Part shown: positions 39,306 through 48,660 of the stretch, in pieces
How positions within the stretch are numbered: position 1 is the first letter of the stretch
How the letters are laid out: each line of letters begins with the position of its first letter
Assembly (NCBI GenBank): GCA_038893835.1
Contig: JAWAQR010000003.1
Span: 1 to 64,000 of the forward strand
Direction: 5' to 3'
Length of the DNA: 64,000 bases
DNA from: Archaeoglobaceae archaeon
Lineage (GTDB): Archaea; Halobacteriota; Archaeoglobi; Archaeoglobales; Archaeoglobaceae
Made by a program: the position numbers and the translations under genes
Notes under the pieces: model-generated
The model's database searches: none
Told to the model about the DNA's origin: nothing
The model's input: the letters and a program-made list of their open reading frames with translations, nothing else

Positions 39306-40343
39306 ATGAAGTTTGGTAACGTCATTTCTCCTCCTATTGCAGTTGACAGGGCCTTGAGGATTGCAATGCAAAGCGAGGAACTCGGCTTCCATTCCATCGT
39401 TTTTCCAGATCATACTCTCATGGTTCCACCGGGTTTAACTCCAAATACTTTAGCCTTAATGAGCGCGATAGCTGTGAAAACTCAACGCATCGAACTTGGA
39501 ACGGGAGTTACGGATTTTTCGAGGTATCATCCATCAATTCTTGCACAATTTTTTGCAACTCTTAGTCATTTAGCTCCGGGAAGAGTTTTTCTCGGAATTG
39601 GTGCTGGAGAGGCTATGAACATTAAGCCATTTGGAATAAAATGGAAAAAGCTTTCAATGCTCAGGGAAGGTATTGAAATAACCAAAAGACTCTGGAACGG
39701 AGAAATTTTTTCTTACAAGGGTAAAGCATTTGAAATTTATAACGGATTTTTGCAGATAACACCAGCTAGGCCAATACCGATCTATCTTGGAGCTAATGGT
39801 AAAAAGACAAGAGAACTAGCTGGAATGATGTGTGAAGGTTGGATGCCAATTATTGAAACTCCGAAAACATATAGGGAAAATTTGAAGGACGTCATACGTG
39901 GAGCGGAGATTGTAGGGAGAAAAATTGATGAAATAGATACAGCCCTGCAGATATATACAGCTATAGATATAGATAGCGAAAAAGCTATGGATAGGGCTAG
40001 GCAATTTTCTGGAGTTGTAATTTCTGCGATTGAAAAGGTTGAACAGGCAGGATATAATCTTGAAATTCCAAAAGATTTTCCTAAAAAATTTTACTTTGAG
40101 AAATTGATGCTCACAGACGATAGCCTTGCAAAGTTTGTTGAATACTCCTCAAAGGTTAGTGAGGAGATAATTTCAGACTTTTTTATAGTTGGTAACGTTG
40201 AGGAGGCTATATCAAAGATCGAGGAGTTCGCAAAAGCAGGAGTAAAACATTTAATGTTGATAAACATAGGCCCGGATCCGAAGTTTGTGAACAAGGCTTA
40301 TGCGGAAAAAATAATACCTGTCTTTCTCGAAAATAAGATTTAA
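39306..40343 (+). CDS. LLM-class (F420/FMN-dependent) oxidoreductase
   Basis: EELGF..I..PDH, LGTGVT...HP..LAQ, PGRVFLGIGAGE, PIYLGA; true start MKFGN. Confidence 0.88.
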   Translation: MKFGNVISPPIAVDRALRIAMQSEELGFHSIVFPDHTLMVPPGLTPNTLALMSAIAVKTQRIELGTGVTDFSRYHPSILAQFFATLSHLAPGRVFLGIGAGEAMNIKPFGIKWKKLSMLREGIEITKRLWNGEIFSYKGKAFEIYNGFLQITPARPIPIYLGANGKKTRELAGMMCEGWMPIIETPKTYRENLKDVIRGAEIVGRKIDEIDTALQIYTAIDIDSEKAMDRARQFSGVVISAIEKVEQAGYNLEIPKDFPKKFYFEKLMLTDDSLAKFVEYSSKVSEEIISDFFIVGNVEEAISKIEEFAKAGVKHLMLINIGPDPKFVNKAYAEKIIPVFLENKI

Positions 40344-40520
40344 AATATTGGCTATAGAAGCTGAATTACGCAGATTGTTCTGATCTCATATTTTTTGAAC
40401 AGACTCTCTTTTCAACTTCAAATAGAAATCTGAATCGCCAAGCGCATTCTTTATCAGTTCATCAATCCCTTTACACCATAGGACATTCAACAGACAGCTA
40501 TAATATTCTTAAACTAACTA

Positions 40521-41165
40521 TTATAAAAACTTTGATGCAAAAGTTTCCGGGCGTTTTTTACAGTCCTCTGCAAATGAACAAATTTTGCAATATTCGCTCT
40601 CCTTTCTCTCAGGCAGAAAACCCCTTTCTATCATTTTCAATCTCTCGATTAGTTTGATCGTCTTTCTTTTCAACCCAAAGTCTGCATTTACGAATCTAAT
40701 CTCACCGGAATAGGCGTAGTAAACAACACTTTTATCCAGGTTCGCAATGAGTGAAGCCATACCTGCCTTGATCGAGTCTTGTATCCATACTCCATTCTTT
40801 GGAGCGTTTAGGGAGATGAAAAGAGGATAAGTTTCTCCTCTGAATTCCACAAGCTCATCCACGGTCATAATAACTCCAAGCTTTTCAGAGAAGTAAACTA
40901 CATCCCAGTCGAGTGTCTTGAAGTTCTTTAACTCCTCAATTATTTTAAACTTTTTAGCTGCTGCGTTGAAGATCTCTTCAGAATAATTTTTGTTCATCAT
41001 TCTAACCTTTTCCCTAGCCCAGTCTATCCCAAAACCTCTCCTTAAACTCTGATAAATTTCCTTAACTGCCTGCTTTTCGGTAAAGCTATCTTCGCCAAAG
41101 TTAAACCTGTAGTAGGCAAGTCTTGGACAAGTAAGATAGCTGATCACATGACTTAGTTTTATCAT
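40521..41165 (-). CDS. Solo Cas4/Dna2-like Fe-S protein, nuclease site degenerate
   Basis: YLTCPRLAYY and CKICSFAEDC form the four-Cys staple; the ExK motif is absent. Confidence 0.7.
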   Translation of the reverse strand: MIKLSHVISYLTCPRLAYYRFNFGEDSFTEKQAVKEIYQSLRRGFGIDWAREKVRMMNKNYSEEIFNAAAKKFKIIEELKNFKTLDWDVVYFSEKLGVIMTVDELVEFRGETYPLFISLNAPKNGVWIQDSIKAGMASLIANLDKSVVYYAYSGEIRFVNADFGLKRKTIKLIERLKMIERGFLPERKESEYCKICSFAEDCKKRPETFASKFL

Positions 41166-41206
41166 GCAAAACGGTTTAATGAAAGATTAAAAAATTTTCT
41201 ACAATT

Positions 41207-41986
41207 TTAAAACCTCGAAAATCCGAGAACGTCGAACATCGTATAAATTCCCGGCTCCTCTACCTTTGAAATCCATTTTGCAGCAATCAGAGCACCCTTT
41301 GCAAAGCATTCTCTACTCGTTGCTCTATGAGTTAGCTCAATTCTTTCCCCTTCACCGAAGAAGAGAACTGTATGCTCTCCAACCACATCTCCTCCACGAA
41401 TGCCAAAGACCCCTATCTCGTCTCCTTTCTTACCATCTCTGAAGAACTTTATTTCCAACTCTCTCCCCTTTTCAGCCATCACCCTTTTAATTATCTCAGC
41501 TATCTTAATCGCAGTTCCACTCGGAGCATCTTTTTTATGTCTATGATGGATCTCAAAGATTTCAACATCGTAATCTTGAAGGAATGAGGAGGCAAATTCG
41601 ACTATTTTAAAGAAAACATTTACACCCAGGCTGAAATTCGGAGAGATCACGGATGGAACTTTCCTACATATTTCCTCAAGTTCTTTTCTTTGAGAATCAC
41701 TAAAACCAGTCGTTCCTATTACAAGTTTTACCCCTTTTCGCGATGCGACTTTTGCATTTCTCAAACAGGCTTCCGGATTTGTAAAATCGATTAAGACATC
41801 TGCATTCAAATTTTCTATATCATTTTCAATTTTTACTCCAATTTTTCCAATTCCAGCAATTTCTCCAGCATCTTTTCCAACTTCTACTATGTCGAATGCC
41901 TGAGCAATGGTTAGTCCCTCTTTTATGGCATTTTTAATTACCAGTCTTCCCATTCTCCCGGCAGAACCGGCTACGGCGAGTTTCAT
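41207..41986 (-). CDS. dapB: 4-hydroxy-tetrahydrodipicolinate reductase
   Basis: GRMG, IDFT, GTTG, EIHHRHKKDAPSGTA, RGGDVVGEH. Confidence 0.96.
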   Translation of the reverse strand: MKLAVAGSAGRMGRLVIKNAIKEGLTIAQAFDIVEVGKDAGEIAGIGKIGVKIENDIENLNADVLIDFTNPEACLRNAKVASRKGVKLVIGTTGFSDSQRKELEEICRKVPSVISPNFSLGVNVFFKIVEFASSFLQDYDVEIFEIHHRHKKDAPSGTAIKIAEIIKRVMAEKGRELEIKFFRDGKKGDEIGVFGIRGGDVVGEHTVLFFGEGERIELTHRATSRECFAKGALIAAKWISKVEEPGIYTMFDVLGFSRF

Positions 41987-42062
41987 GAAGTAAGTTTTTT
42001 AATGTTAAAAAAATTTATTCCAATTGCAAAAGCTTAAAAACCTTGAACCAAATTTTCTTTAA

Positions 42063-42137
42063 GCTCCGGTGGTGTAGCCCGGTCAAACATAGGGGCCTCT
42101 CGAGCCCCTGCCCCGGGTTCAAATCCCGGCCGGAGCA
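42063..42137 (+). tRNA. tRNA-Glu(CTC)
   Basis: GCTCCGG acceptor stem, GGGGC-CTCTCGA-GCCCC anticodon arm, GGTTCAAATCC. Confidence 0.96.
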
Positions 42138-42211
42138 TTCTTCAGTTCCTTTTTAAGCATGAAGGGCGATATTTACGAAAGGCTTAAGCCTACAGGCAGA
42201 ACATCACTCAT

Positions 42212-43069
42212 ATGGCTTTAAGTAAGCGGTATGTGGCTTTACTTGAGGTCTATCTAGTCACTTTAATTCTGATTTTTGTTGCATGGCTCCACGAGACTTA
42301 TTTAAGTAGCATATTGCGTGGTATATTTCTTGGCTTTAGCTTTAAAACGTTCGTAATGCTCATAGCTCTACTCGCCATCATCTTGCCTAAGAGAAGTTTT
42401 AGGATCTACGGCTTCATACCAAAGAATTCGCGCTTCACGTTGAAGTGGAGTTTAGTGTTTATAGCGGTTTTTATCATACCTACTGCGGTTTCAATTGTTA
42501 TGTCAGCAGCTCTGAGCATAGCTAAGCTTGCTAGGCTGTCGCTGCTCAGCGTAATTCTAAATGTGATCTTCTACATGGTCTTCGTCGGGCTTGTTGAGGA
42601 GGCTTACTTTAGAGGCTACGTGCAGTCCAAGCTCAACGAAGTCTTTGAGAAGCGATGGCGAAGGCTCGTCTTTAAGGCTTGGAAAGTTAACTATGGAGCA
42701 GGTTTACTTCTAACCTCCATGATCTTTGCCCTGATTCACATAGTCAATTACTTGAACCCGATTGTCTCAAGGTGGGAACCAACTTGGTGGATGCCCATAC
42801 ATATTTTAGGGTGCTTTGCCTTCGGATGCTTGGCCGGGGCTCTAAGGGAGGCATCGGACATTTATGTTCCAGCTTCATTGCATGGAAGCATAATAACTGC
42901 CTATACGTTCCTATCCATTCATACAAGCGAATTGATCTTGAACATCAGCTTATTCATCAGCTGGTTCATCTTCTTCTACCTTCTGACTATCTTCTTCCAT
43001 GAATCCGAGAATCTAAAGCCCAAAATCATGATTATATATCAAAAGGATAGCCGTGAAAATTGGAAATAG
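42212..43069 (+). CDS. CPBP (CAAX/Abi) intramembrane metalloprotease
   Basis: EEAYFRGY, FALIH, ASLHG; multiple TM helices. Confidence 0.88.
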   Translation: MALSKRYVALLEVYLVTLILIFVAWLHETYLSSILRGIFLGFSFKTFVMLIALLAIILPKRSFRIYGFIPKNSRFTLKWSLVFIAVFIIPTAVSIVMSAALSIAKLARLSLLSVILNVIFYMVFVGLVEEAYFRGYVQSKLNEVFEKRWRRLVFKAWKVNYGAGLLLTSMIFALIHIVNYLNPIVSRWEPTWWMPIHILGCFAFGCLAGALREASDIYVPASLHGSIITAYTFLSIHTSELILNISLFISWFIFFYLLTIFFHESENLKPKIMIIYQKDSRENWK

Positions 43070-43170
43070 ATTGAAAATTTCAGGCTTTAAAATTGATTTC
43101 ACGTGATCTCTTGGTAAGGCTGGGAGCATTTAAGACGAAGCATTTTTTAATGGAATGTATAACTGAATTT

Positions 43171-43728
43171 ATGGAACTTTACTGTGATACCTGTAAGAAA
43201 GTTACGAGGCACGAATTCGTTAAGAAAAATCTCTATCGCTGCTCCCTCTGTAACACTCATGTTAACTTTTTACCTCCAAAGGAGATAGAGATAAAGGCAA
43301 TTCTGAGCAGTGATGATAAAACGGAGATTGGAAAAATAAAGATTGCAGAAGATGAAATCATCGCCAAGGATTCAGAAATAATAGTGGATCTCGAAAACGA
43401 GAGCAAGATTGGTAGGATAACAGCGCTCCAGCTAAAAGATGGGAGGATTGTAGAGTTCTCGAAAGCTAAGGATGTATATTCAGTATGGTTAAGGAATGTT
43501 GGGGAAGTTTCTGTAAAATTCAGTCTTCATAAAAGGGCAGTCACAAGCTCTTACAAGCTACCTTTTGATGGAGAAACAGAGTTTATCGTGGGAGAGATAA
43601 TAAACATTGAAGGAAAGAGATATAGAATTCATAGAATAAAACTGCTCGATGGCAGACTGCTGAGAAAAGAGGGTGAGAGGGCCATGGCTAAAGATATTAA
43701 AAGGGTTTATGCGACCTATACGCCTTAG
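43171..43728 (+). CDS. HVO_0476-family zinc finger protein
   Basis: CDTC...HE...CSLC; KDIKRVYA C-terminus. Confidence 0.8.
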   Translation: MELYCDTCKKVTRHEFVKKNLYRCSLCNTHVNFLPPKEIEIKAILSSDDKTEIGKIKIAEDEIIAKDSEIIVDLENESKIGRITALQLKDGRIVEFSKAKDVYSVWLRNVGEVSVKFSLHKRAVTSSYKLPFDGETEFIVGEIINIEGKRYRIHRIKLLDGRLLRKEGERAMAKDIKRVYATYTP

Positions 43729-44659
43729 GGATTTTGTAAAAATTGGTGATCTATATTTTTCAGTTTTAGGCTATAAAAACTCAAAGAAAGTCAAGTGCTT
43801 TCTAAGATATTCCCCCAGAAGCGATGGGGATAGGGAAAAGAATGGAAAAAAGTTCAAAAAGCTAAGTCATGATGAAGCGATAAATCATCCACAGGCAGCC
43901 AAGTATTTCGATGGAAAAATATTCAGAGTTCCTGTTGAAGAAATAGAAATGGTCTACAAGCCGGAAGAGAAGTTAAGAGAGGTAATGGATTCAGAGGTTT
44001 CAAAAATAGTGAATTTCTTCAACTTTATTCCGATGCAGGAAATGGGGGTGACGGGTTCGAGACTCATCGGCCTGCAAGGCGGGGAATCGGATGTGGATTT
44101 TGTGGTTTATGGGAAGTGGTGGTTTTTGGCTAGAGAAAAGCTTAAAAAAGGAATCGAAACGGGAAAGCTTCTGGATTTGGACGAGGACTCTTGGGAGTTT
44201 ATATATAAGAAGAGAAAGGTGATTTTACCCTTTAATGTTTTCGTTGCGCATGAAAAAAGGAAGTTTCATAGAGCCTTCCTTGGAGATACGTATTTTGATT
44301 TGCTCTACGTTCGTGGATATGAAGAGATAGATAGAGATATTCCTGAGGAGCCAGGAGAGAAAGTTGGGAAGAAAACGATAAGAGCAAAGGTTGGAGATGA
44401 CAGCTACATCTTTGATTATCCAGCTTACTACCCAGTTGATCGCGAAGTTAAAGCAATACTTTGCTTTACTCACACATTTGTGGGCCAAGCTTTCAGGGGG
44501 GAGGAAGTAATTGCCAGAGGTGAGGTTGAAATCATCGATGGGGAAAAGTATCTGGTAGTTGGGACGAAGAGAGAAGTGGAGGATGAGTTCATAATATCGC
44601 TGGATTTGCTGGATAAGGAGAATTTGAAAGAAGAAATTTCAAACTGTCTTGATTTTTAG
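43709..44659 (+). CDS. Predicted nucleotidyltransferase (COG1665-like)
   Basis: RLRDF, GVTGS.LIGL...SDVDFVVYG, FDLLYVR, VVGTKRE. Confidence 0.8.
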   Translation: MRPIRLRDFVKIGDLYFSVLGYKNSKKVKCFLRYSPRSDGDREKNGKKFKKLSHDEAINHPQAAKYFDGKIFRVPVEEIEMVYKPEEKLREVMDSEVSKIVNFFNFIPMQEMGVTGSRLIGLQGGESDVDFVVYGKWWFLAREKLKKGIETGKLLDLDEDSWEFIYKKRKVILPFNVFVAHEKRKFHRAFLGDTYFDLLYVRGYEEIDRDIPEEPGEKVGKKTIRAKVGDDSYIFDYPAYYPVDREVKAILCFTHTFVGQAFRGEEVIARGEVEIIDGEKYLVVGTKREVEDEFIISLDLLDKENLKEEISNCLDF

Positions 44660-44681
44660 ATTTGGAAATGTTTTGATAAAA

Positions 44682-44755
44682 TGGGGCCGCCGAGATTTGA
44701 ACTCGGGTCACCGGCGCCCCAGGCCGAGAGGATAACCAGGCTACCCCACGGCCCC
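44682..44755 (-). tRNA. tRNA-Pro(GGG)
   Basis: Reverse complement reads GGGGCCGTGGGGTAG...TCGGC-CTGGGGC-GCCGG...GTTCAAATCTCGGCGGCCCCA. Confidence 0.96.
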
Positions 44756-44860
44756 AATTTTGCATTCATGTACTCTCAGCTATTTAAATATTTTTTCCAA
44801 CGCTGAAAGAAAAATTCGATAGAAACGATAGAAATAAATAACGCAGACAAACTTAACCCG

Positions 44861-46282
44861 ATGACTTTGCCAAAGAAAGAAAACTTCTCAGAATGGTTTC
44901 ACGAACTCATTCAGGTTGCGGGAATAATGGACATCCGTTACCCGGTTAAGGGATTGTACGTATGGCTACCATTTGGCTTTAAGCTTAGACAGCTAGTTTA
45001 TGGAAAATTGAGAGAAATAATGGACAGAGAACATGAAGAAGTTTACTTCCCAGCTTTAATTCCAGAAACAGAACTTGGAAAGGAGAGTGAACACATAAAG
45101 GGATTTGAAGATGAGGTTTACTGGATAACTCATGGAGGGCTAAGTCCGCTTGACGTAAAACTAGCCCTTCGCCCAACCAGTGAAACTGCAATGTATCCGA
45201 TGTTCAGGCTATGGATAAGGACTCATGCAGATCTTCCTTTGAGAGTTTATCAGATAGTAAACGTATTTAGATATGAGACCAAGCACACTCGCCCCCTTAT
45301 AAGGCTTAGAGAGATAACTTCCTTTAAAGAGGCCCATACAGCACATAAAAGTTATGAAGAAGCGGAAGAGCAGGTAAAAAAAGCGATAAAGTATTATAAA
45401 GAATTCTACGACTTTTTAGCCATTCCATACTTCGTAATCCTCCGTCCAAGCTGGGATAAATTTCCGGGCGCAGTTTACACAATAGCCTTCGACACCGTGA
45501 TGCCAGATGCTCGTACTTTGCAGATCGCGACTGTTCACAATCTTGGAGACAACTTTTCAAGAACCTTTGACATAAAATATGAAGCGATTGATGGGGAACA
45601 TTATTATGTTCATCAGACATGTTATGGAATCTCGGAAAGATGCATCGCATCTCTTATCGCCATTCATGGCGACGATCTTGGCCTAGTCTTACCTTTTGAA
45701 GTTGCACCAGTTCAGATAGTCATAATACCTATTCTATATAAAGAGAAGGAAGAAAAGGTTATAGAATTCTGCAAGGAAATAGTTGAAAAGGTAAAGGGAT
45801 TCAGATATTACCTCGACTTGGGGGAAGAGAGACCTGGAGCGAAGTATTACAAATGGGAATTAAAAGGTGTGCCGTTGAGATTTGAAGTCGGTCCTAGAGA
45901 AGTGGAAAGAAGAGAAGTTTTGGTATCCTTCAGAGATGAAAGAAGAAAATTTGCTGTGCCTGTAGAGGAGATAAACGATGAAAAAATCAGAAATTGGGGG
46001 GAAGAGATGAGAAGGAGACTTAAAGAGAAAGCTGTAAACTCTATTGTGCAGAAGATTAGGTTTGTAAAGGAACTTTCAGAGGTGGAGGAATTTGTCAGAA
46101 ATTCGGTCGTTTTACTCCATCTCTGCCAAAATAGAGCTTGTGGTGAAGAAATTGAAAAAAGAGGGGGAAAGTTACTTGGATGGTTAAAAGAGTCTCCAGA
46201 TTTTATCAGCTTTAGCTTGGAAGGAGATTGTATCGTCTGCGGCGGTAAAGGCGGTCTTGCAGTTGCTGCGAGGAGTTATTGA
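44861..46282 (+). CDS. proS: Proline--tRNA ligase (archaeal/eukaryotic type)
   Basis: FSEWF, LRPTSET, FRYETKHTRPLIR.RE, YGISER. Confidence 0.96.
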   Translation: MTLPKKENFSEWFHELIQVAGIMDIRYPVKGLYVWLPFGFKLRQLVYGKLREIMDREHEEVYFPALIPETELGKESEHIKGFEDEVYWITHGGLSPLDVKLALRPTSETAMYPMFRLWIRTHADLPLRVYQIVNVFRYETKHTRPLIRLREITSFKEAHTAHKSYEEAEEQVKKAIKYYKEFYDFLAIPYFVILRPSWDKFPGAVYTIAFDTVMPDARTLQIATVHNLGDNFSRTFDIKYEAIDGEHYYVHQTCYGISERCIASLIAIHGDDLGLVLPFEVAPVQIVIIPILYKEKEEKVIEFCKEIVEKVKGFRYYLDLGEERPGAKYYKWELKGVPLRFEVGPREVERREVLVSFRDERRKFAVPVEEINDEKIRNWGEEMRRRLKEKAVNSIVQKIRFVKELSEVEEFVRNSVVLLHLCQNRACGEEIEKRGGKLLGWLKESPDFISFSLEGDCIVCGGKGGLAVAARSY

Positions 46283-46446
46283 AATTATTTTAACTAAAAA
46301 TAATAGTTTTTTCCATCTTTGGCTAAAAAAGAGGTAAAAAGATCTCTTTTGGCTCAAAATTATCAGAAAATTACTGCATTCTCTATGATCGATATTTTCT
46401 AGAGTTTTTGGTTCTAGATAGGGGATTGAATTTCCGTTTGAATCAA

Positions 46447-46583
46447 GCGAAAAATTTAAAAATCAAGCAAAATTAGATTTCTCTTGTCCTTAGTTGAGTA
46501 AATCTGAAGATAGTCCAAGCTGAATGGTTGTTTGGTCCTCGTAAATGAATTTCAGGGGGGTGAGGTCATGGAGGGTGATGAAT
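46447..46583 (+). promoter_or_regulatory. speD promoter and ~100-nt leader with short uORFs
   Basis: GCGAAAAATTTAAAAA BRE/TATA at 46447-46462; uORF MVVWSS at 46524-46544; two GGTGA SD sites. Confidence 0.5.
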
Positions 46584-46922
46584 ATGATAGTCGGCAAACA
46601 TATCATTGCAGAACTTTATGGTGTAAATCCCGAGCTGATCGCAAGGGAGGAGAAGGTGAGGGAAATTATGGAGGAGGTGGTGGATGAGGCAGGGTTGAAC
46701 AAGGTGGGTAGTATTTACAAACAATTCAATCCCCATGGAGTTACAGGGATCATTTTGATTTCAGAAAGCCACGTGTCGATACACACATGGCCTGAATATG
46801 AGCTTGTAAATCTCGACATTTTTACCTGTGGTGATAAAAGCAAAGCTGAAAAAGCTTTTAAGCTATTTCTCGAAAAGTTTAAACCAAAATCGTATCGGCA
46901 TTACATACTAGACAGGGGTTAA
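46584..46922 (+). CDS. speD: S-adenosylmethionine decarboxylase proenzyme
   Basis: GKHIIAELYG, FNPHGVTG, SESH.SIHTWPE (pyruvoyl site), DIFTCG. Confidence 0.92.
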   Translation: MIVGKHIIAELYGVNPELIAREEKVREIMEEVVDEAGLNKVGSIYKQFNPHGVTGIILISESHVSIHTWPEYELVNLDIFTCGDKSKAEKAFKLFLEKFKPKSYRHYILDRG

Positions 46923-46924
46923 AA

Positions 46925-47938
46925 ATGGACAGAATTGAGATTCAGCTACTTCAAAATCTGATAGATGGTGAAAAGAGTGTTTATGAGGTAATAGATAGAC
47001 AGGATGCTTCTTTACAAGAGTTTTTGCAGATAATGGAAAATCTTCTTGAATTGGGTCTCATTGAATATTTGGATGGGAAACTCAGGATTACGGAAAGTGG
47101 GAAGAAATTTGTAGAAAATTTGAGAAACATCGAGGCAAAGTGCAATTTATGCGATGGGACGGGTTATTTGTTTGATGATTTCTATTCCGAAATTCTTTCG
47201 GAGTTCAGAAAAATCTGTAAAGACCGCCCTCCAGCGGTTGAGAAATTCGATCAGGGATTCATAAGTGAGGAAGGTGTCATCAAACGCCTTGAGTTCATTC
47301 ACGAACGTGGAGATATTTATGGCAGGTTTTTCGTCGTCGGAGATGATGACCTTTTCAGCATTGCAGCATCGCTTACGGGATTGCCTAAAGAAGTTGTGGT
47401 GGTAGACATAGATGAAAGACTTGTCAACTTCATAAACAGGATTTCCAAGATTTATGGTCTAAACATCTCGGCCCACGTTTACGATGTTCAAAAAACTTTT
47501 CCAGATGAATTCAGAAGAAAATTTGACGTCTTTATAACGGATCCCGTTGAAACGATTGATGGGATAAAGCTCTTCCTTTCTCGCGGTGTTTCAACGCTCA
47601 AAGGAATTGGCTGTTCTGGTTACTTTGGCCTCACAACGCTTGAAGCCTCTAGAAAAAAATGGTATGAAATAGAGAAGATGATCCTCGAAATGGGGTTTGT
47701 TATAACTGATGTGAAGAGAAGGTTCAACGTATATCCGGTGGATGAGAAAAGTTACTCCTCCTTCGAGGAAAAGCTGCCAATATATAAAAAGCTTAGAGCA
47801 AGAAGCGATTACAACTGGTACACTTCAGCCCTATTCAGAATAGAGGCAGTTAAAGAGCCTAAGCCTTTGATTGAAGGAGAAATGTTGATAGATGAGAGAG
47901 TTTACAAAGACGAGGAAAGTCTCGCTACTCCTTATTAA
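46925..47938 (+). CDS. bpsA: Branched-chain polyamine synthase
   Basis: FDQGF, GDDDL.S, DIDERL, FDVFITDP.ET, LSRG; follows speD. Confidence 0.9.
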   Translation: MDRIEIQLLQNLIDGEKSVYEVIDRQDASLQEFLQIMENLLELGLIEYLDGKLRITESGKKFVENLRNIEAKCNLCDGTGYLFDDFYSEILSEFRKICKDRPPAVEKFDQGFISEEGVIKRLEFIHERGDIYGRFFVVGDDDLFSIAASLTGLPKEVVVVDIDERLVNFINRISKIYGLNISAHVYDVQKTFPDEFRRKFDVFITDPVETIDGIKLFLSRGVSTLKGIGCSGYFGLTTLEASRKKWYEIEKMILEMGFVITDVKRRFNVYPVDEKSYSSFEEKLPIYKKLRARSDYNWYTSALFRIEAVKEPKPLIEGEMLIDERVYKDEESLATPY

Positions 47939-47943
47939 AAACT

Positions 47944-48660
47944 ATGAAAGCTGTCCTCATTTTTAGTGGTGGAATAGATAGCTCGACTCTTCTTTATCAT
48001 CTCTTAAGCAAAGGTCTCTCAGTCTATGCCCTCACTTTCTTATATGGCCAAAGACATGCAAGAGAGGTTGAATCTGCAAAAAAAGTTGCGAGAGAAGCGT
48101 CTAAGCTTGGATTTGTTGAGCACAAAATCGTGGATATAACTTCAATCCACGAGCTGATAAGTAAGGGAGCAATTACAGGAAGTGAAGAAGTTCCGGAAGG
48201 TTATTATACTGAAGAGAAACAAAGGGTGACAATAGTTCCAAACAGGAACATGATCTTCCTTTCCATTGCTGCTGGATATGCTGTGAAGATCGGTGCAAAA
48301 GAAGTTTATTACGCAGCGCATAAAAGTGATCAGATTTATCCTGACTGTAAAAAAGAGTTTGTTAAGGCGATGGATGCAGCAATTTATCTGGCAAACATCT
48401 GGGAGCCAGTAGAGTTAAAGGCTCCTTTTGTAGACATGACAAAGGCCGAGATTGTAGCCTTGGGTTTGAAGCTTGGAGTTCCATATGAGATGACTTGGAG
48501 CTGCTATGTGGGTGGAGAAAGACCTTGTTTGAAGTGTGGGACTTGTGTGGAAAGAACAGAAGCTTTTTTGCTGAACAATTCAAGAGATCCGCTTTTAAGC
48601 GAGGAAGAGTGGGATAAAGCTGTAAAGATTTTGATGAAGTTTAAAAATAGAAAGGTCTAG
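47944..48660 (+). CDS. queC: 7-cyano-7-deazaguanine synthase
   Basis: SGGIDS, YGQRH, VPNRN, YPDC, TWSCY, CLKCGTC. Confidence 0.95.
   Translation: MKAVLIFSGGIDSSTLLYHLLSKGLSVYALTFLYGQRHAREVESAKKVAREASKLGFVEHKIVDITSIHELISKGAITGSEEVPEGYYTEEKQRVTIVPNRNMIFLSIAAGYAVKIGAKEVYYAAHKSDQIYPDCKKEFVKAMDAAIYLANIWEPVELKAPFVDMTKAEIVALGLKLGVPYEMTWSCYVGGERPCLKCGTCVERTEAFLLNNSRDPLLSEEEWDKAVKILMKFKNRKV

Noticed and set aside
40386-40490. Minus-strand 34-codon TTG ORF (LNVLWCKGIDELIKNALGDS...)
   Set aside because: No recognisable family, SD or clear promoter; cannot be supported.
46283-46446. AT-rich spacer as a replication origin
   Set aside because: No ORB-like repeats and no adjacent cdc6/orc1.
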